From Rhodospirillales bacterium (GTDB lineage: Bacteria; Pseudomonadota; Alphaproteobacteria; Bin95), in NCBI GenBank assembly GCA_038143065.1, contig JAYQLI010000002.1, positions 1 through 51,984 on the forward strand: a stretch of DNA of 51,984 nt, given 5' to 3'. Below the pieces are notes generated by a model. It saw only the letters and a list, made by a program, of their open reading frames with translations, did not search any database and was not told the origin of the DNA. Each line of letters begins with the position of its first letter. The stretch's first letter is position 1. Below, in pieces: positions 24,622 through 34,745 of the stretch. A program made the position numbers and the translations under genes.

Positions 24622-25540
24622 ATGTCTCTACGCTTTCGTCAACTCCAAGCCTTTCACGCCATTGTCGAATTGGGCACGGTCACAAAGGCTGCAAATCACC
24701 TCGAATTTCACAGCCCGGATCTCAAATCTGATTGCGCAACTTGAACGCAAGAACAACCTAGAGTTGTTTGAGCGTCGCGCTAGCCGCTTGGTGCCAACAC
24801 CCGAGGCGGAGATTCTGTTTCGCGAAGTTGACACAGTTGTGCGCGGACTAGATCGCGTTCAACAGGCGGTCACCGATCTGCAGAACAAACAGGCGGGACA
24901 GCTTCAAGTTGCCTCACCGCACTTACTGTCGTTTGGCTTCATGCCTGACTTAATCGCACGGTTTGCAGCAGATCGACCGAATATGTCGGTGTCTTATCAG
25001 TCGAATTATTCAACCAAAGTTCAGGAATGGATCGTGGCCGGTGTTTTTGAAATTGGCATCACCGAAACACCAATTTTGCATGCTTCATTTGATGTGAAGC
25101 CCTATCAATTTGAACTGGCACTAACGATGAGCGCAGAAAATCCACTGACCCGTTATGATGTTTTGACTCCAGAATTATTGGCCCAAGAACCCTTCGTTGT
25201 TATGGGACCAGCGCATATGACGTACCAGCGAACACTGGCGGCATTTCAAGCAGCCGGTGTGCCTTGGGTTACCAAAGTTCATACGCATTTGTTCGAAAAT
25301 GTCCTGTCCTTCGTGAAACAAGGGATGGGCGTAGCCTTGTTGGATCCGTTCACGGTCGGCTTCAAAAAGGACGCGGGTATAACCATCCCTCCTTTTCTTC
25401 CGTCAATCTTCATCGATGTGGCCGTCATACGATCCCGGCATCGGCCGCTTTCCTTAGTGGGCAAGGCTTTCTATGAACAACTAAATTCCGAAATATCCGC
25501 CTATGAGTCTAATTCTCTAACTAACCCGACAAGTTCATGA
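24622..25540 (+). CDS. LysR-family transcriptional regulator (frameshift near 24715)
   Basis: MSLRFRQLQAFHAIVELGTVTKAA HTH read from 24622, LFERRASRLVPT, GMGVALL. Divergent from the enolase/DadA/TRAP operon. Confidence 0.92.
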
Positions 25541-25630
25541 AATAGCGGAGAAGCATGTGGATAATTCTAGATCGCAGTTTACCATGAAACTGCTTGTGAC
25601 CGGCACCACACATCCAATTTCGCTGCGCGA

Positions 25631-25715
25631 AAAGCTGACGTTCTTGCACAGCGCAGCATTCTGCACTTTGGGCTCTTTCCTGCCGATCGCTGCACTTTGC
25701 ATCAATGTCCGCACG
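25631..25715. repeat. Palindromic repeat, copy D
   Basis: AAAGCTGACGTT...CACTTT-GGGCTC-TTTCCTGCCGATCGCTGC...AATGTCCGC. Confidence 0.65.
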
Positions 25716-25829
25716 ATAGCTTGTTATACCTAAAACAAAAAATTAATCGCCATCCCCCCGCCTGACCACCCGCGAAGGGCAGCCGGACGGGGATATTTAG
25801 GGGTTATAACGCTAACTCTGTTGGCAACC

Positions 25830-27055
25830 TCACCCCATCCACAATCTCTCTTTTCTGCGCATCACTATCCCCGCTGAGTAAAGCCCGTAGGTCAGCTTAT
25901 TGGCGAAACGGGCAGAGTGATGCCCTACGAGCGAGGCCGTGAAGTGCTCAGGAGTGCCTGTGCGTTCGCACTGGGTGATGAACCACTTGCGGGTGGAGTG
26001 GAATACGCTGCCTTGGAGGTCAGGGTAGAGCCTTCTTAGCTTGGCATAGCGCTTCACCACAGCATCAACTGTTAGGTAGGGAAATAGCCTTCCCTGTTTT
26101 GGCAGGGATGTATCCAGAAGCTGCTCTAGGATTTGATGAAGTGGCACTTCCCGTTCCGCTGCTTTTGACTTGAGCTGCCGAATAGCGTTTGGCCTTGATT
26201 TGGATAAACCGCCCCAGGTTCCCCTTGGCTGTGATATCCTCTGCCAGTAGTCCGCAGATCTCCCTGAGCGCATGCCTGGAGAAGGCCAAAGAGAAGGGCG
26301 CTGTGAAGCACCCTATCCTTGGCTTTGAGTAGGATTGAGACTTGCGCATCTGTTAGAACGCCATGAGGGGAGACCTCTGGCTTTGCTCTTATGCTGAGAG
26401 TTGACCAAGGGTTGCTGTCTAGCTCTCCTTCTCTGACGCACCAATCAAGGAAGCGCTGCATTTGCTTAAAGATACGGCCCTGCGTTTGTGGTGTCAGGGA
26501 TATGCTTTCATAGGTTTGTGAGAGCTCTACCAGCTTTGTCAGGCTGGCCTCTTTAGCTTCAGCGTATTTCCTGACATTAGGAGGAGAGCTTGGATATAAG
26601 CTTTGAGATATCTCTTCCTGTATCAGTGGAAGTTCTCCTATCTTTAGCTTCTTGCCCACATAAGAGCTTAGAAGCTCCAGCGCATAGCGAATGGACTTTG
26701 TGGTGCCGGGTCTAAGCGTTAGAGATAGCTCTTTTAGATATCTCCTCGCTAACCCATGAACAGGCTGCTCACCCAGAAACCTTGCGCGCTGATATCGAGG
26801 ACGCGCCACAGCAAGCTTAGCAGTTTCAGGGTTGGGTTCATCTGTTGCAGCATCAGCATGGGCCTGTGCCTCCTTTACGATGTTTGTGAATGTTTGATTG
26901 AGCTCAGCCACACGGGCTTTTGCCTGTTTGGCATCTGCTGTTCTCAGGGATTGCTTGAGGCTTGAGCCAAGGATGGGTTGCAGAGCCTTGGGATAGGTTC
27001 TGCGATAGACCCAGGTATTATGCCGTTTGTAGGCGTATTTTATGTCTGCAGACAT
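25830..27055 (-). CDS. Tyrosine integrase with DUF6538-like N-terminus (frameshifted)
   Basis: N-terminal WVYRRTYPKALQ...SLRT. Catalytic GMR, FHSTRKWF, VGHH and LTYGLY. Confidence 0.88.
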
Positions 27056-27160
27056 ACTGTCTCCTTACTGGGGCAATTGCCCCGGTTTTGATGTTGAGTT
27101 GGGATTTTGTGAGTAAGAACAACGAAGGGCTGGGTTTAAGCCCTTCCTGAAGCAATAAGA

Positions 27161-27367
27161 TTATCTTTGTGCTGTTGTTCCTTGAGAGATGAGTTTCACA
27201 ATCATCTCTTTGTCTGGCTCTCCATATTCCCCTGCAAAGGGACCAGAGAGAGCCATACCTGTGACGAACTCCTCATAGATTTCTTCTATGCGGAATTCAT
27301 GCTCTGGGATGTCATCAAAGCCTGCTATCAGCACGATGCATCCTGGTTTTATATCCAGCTGCCTCAT
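27161..27367 (-). CDS. Hypothetical protein (68 aa)
   Basis: Clean ORF in the same orientation as the integrase. No recognised motif. Confidence 0.6.
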   Translation of the reverse strand: MRQLDIKPGCIVLIAGFDDIPEHEFRIEEIYEEFVTGMALSGPFAGEYGEPDKEMIVKLISQGTTAQR

Positions 27368-27368
27368 A

Positions 27369-27599
27369 TCAGGCTCTTCTCAGCAAAAGGTCTGGAAGCA
27401 GCAGGCCAATGGTCAGGCCCAGAGGTACTGGAAAGGGAATGGATTTAATGAACTCAGGCAGTCCTGCCAGCACCACTAGGGCCCCGGCTAAAGTTTGAGG
27501 AACGCCAATAGACACGCCCCAGCGCTGCTTTAACAGCCAGGCCAGGGCAAGCCGAAGGATACCGCCCGCAGCAGCGAGCAGCATGAATAAGGTAAGCAT
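27369..27599 (-). CDS. Small hypothetical membrane protein
   Basis: Three hydrophobic segments, AGGAG RBS upstream, abuts the next gene. Confidence 0.65.
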   Translation of the reverse strand: MLTLFMLLAAAGGILRLALAWLLKQRWGVSIGVPQTLAGALVVLAGLPEFIKSIPFPVPLGLTIGLLLPDLLLRRA

Positions 27600-27672
27600 G
27601 ATGGTAATCTCCTTTTCTTGTTACCATCATAGATGCTCAAAAATGCTCAGTTTTAGGGGGGCATAAAGAACA

Positions 27673-27787
27673 AGCTTTCCAACAGCTTTCCAATACATTT
27701 CCAAAAATATTTCTTTTTTGGAAAGCACTTCTACAATCTAAAACAACACCTTAGATACAAACTATCCAACTTTCCAACCTACTTTCA
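27673..27787. repeat. 11-bp-period TTTCCAA direct repeats with one inverted copy
   Basis: AGCTTTCCAAC AGCTTTCCAAT ACATTTCCAAA, then TTGGAAAGC, then ACTATCCAAC TTTCCAAC. Confidence 0.75.
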
Positions 27788-28101
27788 CTTACTGAAGGTT
27801 TGACTTTTTTAGGTACGCTGGTGCGTAGGGCCATTCCACGCTTGGGTGGATTTAATCACCCGAGGGTGAGTAATGATCACGCTCAAAGCACAGCTATACT
27901 GGGCTCGGGTGAAAAGGTGGGTTACTTCAGGCACTTTTGCATGAGGTTTCAATTTTACTAAATACACGGCGAGACAACGTAAACTCTCTTTAATCATGCG
28001 CACCATACCCGACGCAAAGCTTAAAAAACCTCCACCGAAGAAAGGGGAGGCTATTTTGGATTATGCATCAAGATTTACAGGGCACTTGGCGCACTATACG
28101 C

Positions 28102-28150
28102 AAAGCAGACATTTAATCGCATTGCAGCGAATGGATGCTAGAGCCCATTT
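28102..28150. repeat. Palindromic repeat, copy E (opposite orientation to A-D)
   Basis: AAAGCAGACATT...GCAGCGAATGGATGCTA-GAGCCC, the reverse complement of the GGGCTC spacer class. Confidence 0.6.
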
Positions 28151-28354
28151 CCCCCAGTTTCAACGATGCAGTGAATGCCAGCGCCGGTAAGTTTTGGCGC
28201 TGAGGCTGCCTATTGAATGCGCCGCTTAGTCCGCGCGATCAGCCTTCAACCTCCGCCTTTAATTCGGCATTGAACATTTGATGCATGTTCAACAGCTGGA
28301 CCATAAAGTTCGCCGTGTAACGGTTGTCTGCAGAATGTGACAAGACGATGGCAA

Positions 28355-29261
28355 TCATTTGCTGGGGTCTCCGGAGGTCCAAGCCACGCCATCGCCGCGA
28401 TTCATGGTTGCCATCTGCGCCATGTCAGCGTCGTCAATGGAGAAGGCGAAGAGGTCCAAGTTCTGGCGCATCCGGGCCGGTTTGACGCTTTTGGGCAATA
28501 CGGCATAGCCATTCTGAACGCCCCAACGCAGCAGCAATTGAGCTTCTGAAACTCCATACTTCTCGGCCATTTCCTTGAAGTCTGTACCGTCTGCCTTCAT
28601 CTCATCGGTCTTGGCACTGTCCTGACCTGGCTCGGTGCGCCACGTGGAAAGCGGGACCAAGCTGCTATAGGCAATCGGCGCGATATCGTACTTCGCCATA
28701 TATGCCAACAGGCCCGGTTTCTGAGACCAAGGATGTAATTCCAGCTGATTGGCATCAGGCATCGGCAACCCGGCTGTGGCAATCTCCCCTAAATGGCTTT
28801 CGTTGAAGTTGCTGACTCCAAGTGCACGTGCTCTGCCGCTGGCTTGCAAGTCCAACAGCGCATGCCACTGCTCAAGGCGTTTGTCGCCACCGTAAGGCAC
28901 GTGAATCAGATAAAGGTCCACGTAATCCAAACCCAACCGCGATAGGCTGGCGTCGCATTCTGCGAGCGTTTGCGCCCCAGTTTTGGGTGCGTCGCCCCAG
29001 GCTGGATTACCCGGCCACAGCTTGGCGGTAACGAACAGCTCAGCGCGTGAACGCCCTTCGGCTTCAAGTCCTTTCCTGATCCCCGCACCGACGGTGTCTT
29101 CGTTGCGATATGCCGAGGCGGTGTCGATGTGCCGATACCCTGATGCAATCGCAGATCGGACGGCGTCTTCTGCGACATCATTTGAGATTAAGTAGGTGCC
29201 AAAACCAACGGCAGGAATGGTAGTTTCCAATCAGTGCGAACATGGTTTGCGATGCAGACAT
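28355..29261 (-). CDS. Aldo/keto reductase (DkgA-like)
   Basis: GFGTY, GYRHIDTASAY, LFVTAKLW, DYVDLYLIH, GVSNF and LPKS motifs. Confidence 0.95.
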
Positions 29262-29416
29262 GCGATATCCGTCCATGAATTGTTGGTCCAAAATTAGCGG
29301 CAGAGCGTTTATGCGTCCTGCCAGATCCTCCATCTGTTTTGCCAATTCCTCCAAATTCTGGTATTAGTGACTGATTTTGTCGGCCGCATTGGTAAGGGTC
29401 TGAAGAGGAGGCGCTG

Positions 29417-30282
29417 ATGTCACTGGACCAACTAAAAAACTAGCAATGGAGTTAGGATCATAGAAGCAAGGGCTTCTGATACAGTTTGCTGTCAGCACAT
29501 ATATTTCAACGCACGGAAGTCACTGTTTTGAAGCATTTTTATAATCCGGTAATTTGTCTAATCCTACAGGGTCGAAAAGAAATAAATGTTGGACAGCAGT
29601 TCGTCGAGCTAGGCGAAGGCGACGTGCTTTTGGTCAGTCATGACTTGCCAGTGGCCTCGAAGATCACCCAAGCCAGCACGGAACGAACCTTATCAGGCGC
29701 TCATTTTCATTGGATTTGAGTATTACGGGGCTTGTATGAACAAGTTGGTGAAACTGTATCGCATAAGGATCATGCAATTTCTTTATCAAAAATGCAAGTT
29801 ATTGACCCTGCTTGGTTAAGCCGATGGTTCGCTACCTTGAGTTAATGAAAACACCTATAGATGCGAGAGTCCTTGGTCCGATGATCTTGAAGGAAATTCA
29901 TTATCGTCTCCTCTTATCATCCTATTGGTGGCATGTTACGAAACTTCGGTGGACGGATGCTGTCGTATTGCCGGGTCATTCAGTGGATCAGGGCAAATTT
30001 TCGCCGGAACCTTTGCTGGTTGGTCAATTGGCGCAAGTCGCCGGAATGAGCCAATCGTCTTTTCATTCTGACAAAACGTGGAACACATGTATCAGAAAAA
30101 TGCCGGTCATTTACAACTCGGCGTCAGCTTGGATCGCAGCTCATTCCGTATTTATGTTGGTTTCGAGGTTTCGAGATTTATCGCAGTTTAGCCCGATTAC
30201 GAAAGTGGGTGCTCGAATAAACACCGCTGTTCGATTTAAAGACCAGCAACAAATTGCCAAAGCGGTCATGCATTACGCGTGA
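29417..30282 (+). CDS. AraC-family regulator (YqhC-like), heavily frameshifted
   Basis: [27 protein letters not shown] and [13 protein letters not shown]. Divergent from the AKR gene. Confidence 0.8.
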
Positions 30283-30346
30283 ACGGCAACTTCGTCCGAA
30301 TAGCAGACATTGGAACTCCACCGCAGCGAAGGTCCGCTTTGCTCGC
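30282..30346. repeat. Palindromic repeat, copy F (opposite orientation to A-D)
   Basis: AACGGCAACTTC-GTCCGA-ATAGCAGACATT...GCAGCG-AAGGTCCGCTTT-GCTCGC. Confidence 0.75.
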
Positions 30347-30409
30347 TGAGTTTTGAAAGTGAACGTTATGGCCCCCATGCCTACCACGGGGATGATATTG
30401 CCTTTTGGT

Positions 30410-30993
30410 TTAGAACGTAAAGTCATCATCTTGATGACTGACCTGGTGAACAGATCTACTAACTGTATCTGCACGACACCCATCTCTGTAGTCCTGCTCG
30501 GTGAAGGTCATATCCACCCAGTCATGCTGGTAGCTGGCCATGTACTCATTGAAGATAGCGCTGCGCCCTTTCTTAGACCACTTGCTATTAGCAAGGCGTT
30601 TATGACTTTAGCTGGTAGTTGCCATTGGTGGGTTAGCGTATCTAGTAACAGATTACAGATGCTTCTTTTCTGTTAAGACAAACACATGGGCATTATCAGC
30701 AGTAGTGATATCCCTTTAAGGTGCACCCTGTAGATGAGGCTGTTAGGGTGTTCAGCCAGTAGCTCCTCTATTAGCTTGTAATGCTCGGGCTTAGCTGTAG
30801 CACTACGATTATACTGACGCTTTATAGGCTTCTCTGGAGCGCTTAGGCTTTACTGCATAATACTCTACTCTGTCTTTATGGCTCTTGTGAAAGCTCAGCT
30901 TAATGCGCCCTGAGGTAAACACCTGAAGGCTATAGCCTTGGTAGGTTTCTAGGGCCTCTTGAGAGGAGAGCTTGGATCAATATACTTGGTCAT
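30410..30993 (-). CDS. Hypothetical protein (~190 aa), frameshifted
   Basis: Hand translation across frameshifts gives continuous protein-like sequence MTKYIDP..ALETYQGYSLQVFTSGRIKLSFHK...NEYMASYQHDW...DDDFTF*. Confidence 0.5.
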
Positions 30994-31060
30994 TCTAAAT
31001 TATCTTTCTGTTCTTAATACATAAATAAAAAACACCTCAGGAAAGGCTCCTAAGGCAGGG

Positions 31061-31151
31061 TTAAGGGATAAGCTGTAAGGGGTAATTCGTAAGACGTAAT
31101 ATGTAAGTCGTAATACGTAATGTGTAATATATAATATATAATACATAAGGG
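31061..31151. repeat. Degenerate 7-bp tandem repeat, 13 units of NTAANNN
   Basis: ttaaggg ataagct gtaaggg gtaattc gtaagac gtaatat gtaagtc gtaatac gtaatgt gtaatat ataatat ataatac ataaggg. Confidence 0.85.
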
Positions 31152-32240
31152 TTTGGGTGTTCCACACACCTGTCAGCTTAGAACAAACTACCTACAATTT
31201 ATTCTTTATCGTCTGCTATTAGAGCTGTCTTTATTTCCATAGCTTTGGGATATTTTTTCTATGTCTTTAGGGTTGCTCTCTGATGCCCTCTTTAAGCAAT
31301 TCCTTTTTGATACTCACTCTTATGGTTAGCCTTTTGTGTCTCCTCGTGCCACTCTAGGGCACTTGATAGTCTTAAGTCCACATATTTTCCATATGCACTC
31401 TCAAGCATGTAGTTCAATTTCAGTTTTCTGTGTTTGAACCATGTACTATGGCCATTTAAAACCTTTTGGTCTCAATTAAATCTCCAACGGTCTTGGATTT
31501 TTGACAGCGGTTTCTAATCGTCATTTCATCGAGAGACGAAAGGGTGGATAAAGTGTTATTACGTTTGATCAGCTAAAATTACATCGCCTGATCTGTTTCT
31601 ACACCAGTGGTATTGATATTAGCAGAACTTCCTCGAACTTTTACTAACGGGTGCCTACATAAATAGTAACTCCATTTACACATGGAGTTGGCTCAACCTT
31701 CACCTTTTTAGACCATTCGATCGCATATGAGAATGATAACGAACCCTGCCGCGAGAATTTCTTATCAATTCCAGACAATGATCCCTGCTATGGCGCAGCT
31801 ATAGCTCCCAAAGATGACATCACTATGTCGCCTTTTTCAAAACTTTAGGAATGAAGCGAAAATGACATTCGATGGATATCCCCGGGACCAGTATCATTCG
31901 GGGTTCAATGCTCAAACCAAAATGTCGGGATAGTTGGGCTTGGGGTCAAGTATTTGATCTCGCATTCAGTCAGTTCATTCCAACTGTGATCAGCCCGTAA
32001 TATTCTCACTGGGATCGAAAACTATGATAGCAACCGTTCAGAATACTTTGATTGAAATCATCGAGGATTGGGCAGGGCGGCATATGATCCTGGCCCGGTG
32101 GCAATAACTTACCTCTCTGTGAATACGTTTTTCAATACCCCTGATATTGGTGCTTTAAGTGAACACCACCACAAATTTTTTAGCCTAGTAAGACTTAATA
32201 GCTCCCTTGATGCCATTCGAATTTATTCTCCTATCCCTCT

Positions 32241-33520
32241 TTACAGGCCCACACCTTTTCCATATGCTCCCGCATGACGTCTAAGGCATAGCCCGAGCCG
32301 TAGTTGCGCTGTGTTGGCCCCATGCCCTAGGATGGCCATCGATACCGCCTCAGGGCAGCCTGAGTTCCTCAGCTTGTCCTTCATGCTATGTCTTAAGGGG
32401 AGTGCATCATCCAGCTTCTTGTCCGTGATGGCCCTGCGTAAGCGCTTCGCAGGCATGGCAGGGCCAGCATCATTGCCACGAGGACGAGCGTATTTGGGGA
32501 ATATAGCCTCCCATCCTCCTTGCCTTTCCTGTGCTCCTGCAATGTCTGCTGCTCCTGGCAAGCTGACCAGGGTGTTCTATGTGACCCCTTCGTCTTGAGA
32601 CCTCCGGATGTTGTTAGGGCGTATGGTTGTTAGGCGCTCCTACAGGTCCACATCTTGTACTTCTAGCCCTACGATTTCCGAAAGCCTTGCACTGTATCTA
32701 TCAAGGTAATGAAGAGTGCCCAGGCGAGCGGGTCGTCCTATTGGCAGGGAGTTGCTATGGCGATATGCTCGTCCGTCAGCGGATGCCTGTCCTCGACGCT
32801 CGCCCCTGCCCCTTTTATCTTCAGCCCGTTGAATACGTTTGGAATGGTAAGGCTATGCTCTGTTATCACGTAGTTCACGGCTGCCTTTACAACGGCCACA
32901 TTCCTCAGCACCGAGTTAGGCTTCATCCGCTCCAGTAAGTGGTCCCGAAAGGCATTGGCATCTGCTCTGGTAATCTCTGCCAGGCTACCCTTTTCCAGCT
33001 TATGCTCTCCCAGGCTGCTTTTAAGGTCTTTGCGCAGCTTTGATACGCAGGGCAGCATCTTTATCTCTTACACCTTCCCCGGCTTTATAAGCTGCATAGT
33101 CACTTAAGGCTGTATCCAGTGTCATGGGCGGCGACTTAGCTTGCCGTTGTAGACTTGCTCACCACTTCCTGTGGCAGTTTGCCAGCAATCGTTTGGGCCA
33201 GCTCATTTCAGCGCATAGTCCTCTTGACTATATTCAACGATTTGACCAGCCTGACCCTATCCGCAACGTCCTCGCCCAGCGCTGCTCTGATGAAGGCCAG
33301 GGCTCGTTCATTGGAGGGCATCGTCTCTTCTGCTGCAAACAGTTGCTCTATTTCAAAATGCACTTTGGGAAGGGCGTTCATCGCCTCGAAGTAGCTCTCC
33401 CCAGCTGCCTGTAGGCGTATCGCACCAATCAGGTGTCTGAGCTTTTTAGGGACATTTCTTTGCAGCGATACGAGGAGAGCCGTTCTGGCGTCCTAAAGAC
33501 ATAGGCGGGAGTTTTGGCAT
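32241..33520 (-). pseudogene. Third tyrosine integrase (DUF6538-like N-terminus), heavily frameshifted
   Basis: N-terminal RNVPKKLRHLIG, AEITRADANAFRDHL, SVLRNVAVVKA, LRHSMKDKLR and AILGHG fragments. Confidence 0.8.
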
Positions 33521-33618
33521 CTTGGGATCCATCTCCCTTGGTTTGGATCTAACTGTGAGACGGATCAACCCTCTTTAACTTGTCCAAGCGACAAAATACA
33601 GCAAAATCTGACCAAAGA

Positions 33619-33872
33619 ATGGTCCCAAAAGCGGTCCCGATAAATGGCCCAAACAACTGGTATCATTGAATTTATTCAAAAAACTGGAGGAAAATGGCGC
33701 TGTGCTGAGTGTTGAAAGCTCCCTGCTCTCGCAATTTTCCCTGTTAACAGGGAAAATAACAGGGAATTTATCAAAAATCTGCTACCTTCAAAGGCTAATA
33801 AGCAAGTATTACTTGGGTAAAGTACGCATATGTTCAAAAATTAACAGGGAATTATTTTATAATAACAGGGAA
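33619..33872. mobile_element. Probable island end: arm-type repeats, degenerate tRNA-like 3' end and AACAGGGAA repeat cluster
   Basis: GGTCCC/GGCCC repeats at about 12-bp spacing (33619-33652). Minus-strand ...CAGCGCCA ends at 33695. Perfect 24-bp palindrome ATTTTCCCTGTTAACAGGGAAAAT at 33734-33757, with TAACAGGGAA copies at 33757, 33842 and 33863. Confidence 0.6.
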
Positions 33873-33970
33873 AAATTCATTGCAAACAGATCGTCTTGCA
33901 GGAGTGTGAAAGCATAATCTAGCTTTAAAACGAATGGTCATAATAAGAGCGACATAAGAGATCTAACTCG

Positions 33971-34019
33971 AGTTGACCCCTTCCTGCGGGCCCCATAACT
34001 TCCCTTGGCTATCTAGCCC
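33971..34019 (+). ncRNA. Candidate sRNA hairpin with CUUCCU loop, copy 1
   Basis: 33/39 nt identical to 39385-39423. AGTTG...TAACT stem. Confidence 0.35.
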
Positions 34020-34046
34020 CACTAAAAAGATTTTATATCATTATAT

Positions 34047-34745
34047 CTATTTTTGAGCTGTGGCCTCAATTAATTTCAAGAAAACTGGACCAATTGACTC
34101 GATAATTCTTGTGACTCCTTCCGCATTTGGATGAAGCCCATCAGCCTGAAAAAAATGACTCATATTTTGATTAAGATCACCATTTGCGATGAACGGATCA
34201 AATAGGCTTGAAAGATAGAGCGCGTCGTAATCTTGTGCCAATTCAGGAAAGATGCGATCAAAATCCTCTTTGTAGTCTGAGCCATAGTTATTTGGAGCAT
34301 AGGAACCAACTATCATAAGAGGAATATTGGCTTCTTTAATTACCTCCAGAATACCAATCATATTCGCTCGGACGACTTCAGGAGCTATACCCCGCAACAT
34401 GTCGTTTCCGCCAAGTGCAACGATAGCGGCGTCCAAGCCTGGTTCCATCGACCATGCAACACGCTCCAAACCGCCAGCGGTCGTGTCTCCAGAAACACCC
34501 GCGTTAATAAGGCGGATGGAATAGCCCTGACGGAAGGCGTACTCACTCATTTGGGGAACAAGCCCGTCTTGCTCTTTCAATCCATACCCCTGTGTCAAAC
34601 TATCCCCTATCATCAGGATATCCACACGCTCGTCGGCGTCGACAGTTGAAACAGAAGTCAGAAAACTTAAAGACAATATCTTGCCCAGATGTATCAAAGG
34701 CCCATATGAAACTAGCAGGTTTAATTCAAGGCTGTTCCGTTTCAT
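34047..34745 (-). CDS. tesA: Arylesterase/acyl-CoA thioesterase I (GDSL/SGNH)
   Basis: GDSLTQGYG, NAGVSGDTTAGG, LGGNDMLRG and DGLHPN. Divergent from ybbA as in the conserved tesA-ybbAP locus. Confidence 0.93.
   Translation of the reverse strand: MKRNSLELNLLVSYGPLIHLGKILSLSFLTSVSTVDADERVDILMIGDSLTQGYGLKEQDGLVPQMSEYAFRQGYSIRLINAGVSGDTTAGGLERVAWSMEPGLDAAIVALGGNDMLRGIAPEVVRANMIGILEVIKEANIPLMIVGSYAPNNYGSDYKEDFDRIFPELAQDYDALYLSSLFDPFIANGDLNQNMSHFFQADGLHPNAEGVTRIIESIGPVFLKLIEATAQK

Noticed and set aside
30178-30676. ORFs 30178..30483 (-) and 30353..30676 (+), or a phage RNA polymerase fragment
   Set aside because: Better explained as alternative frames of one frameshifted minus-strand hypothetical gene (30410-30993). 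No polymerase motifs.
33666-33917. 83-aa ORF at the island end
   Set aside because: It runs through the palindrome and repeat cluster and has no protein-like features.
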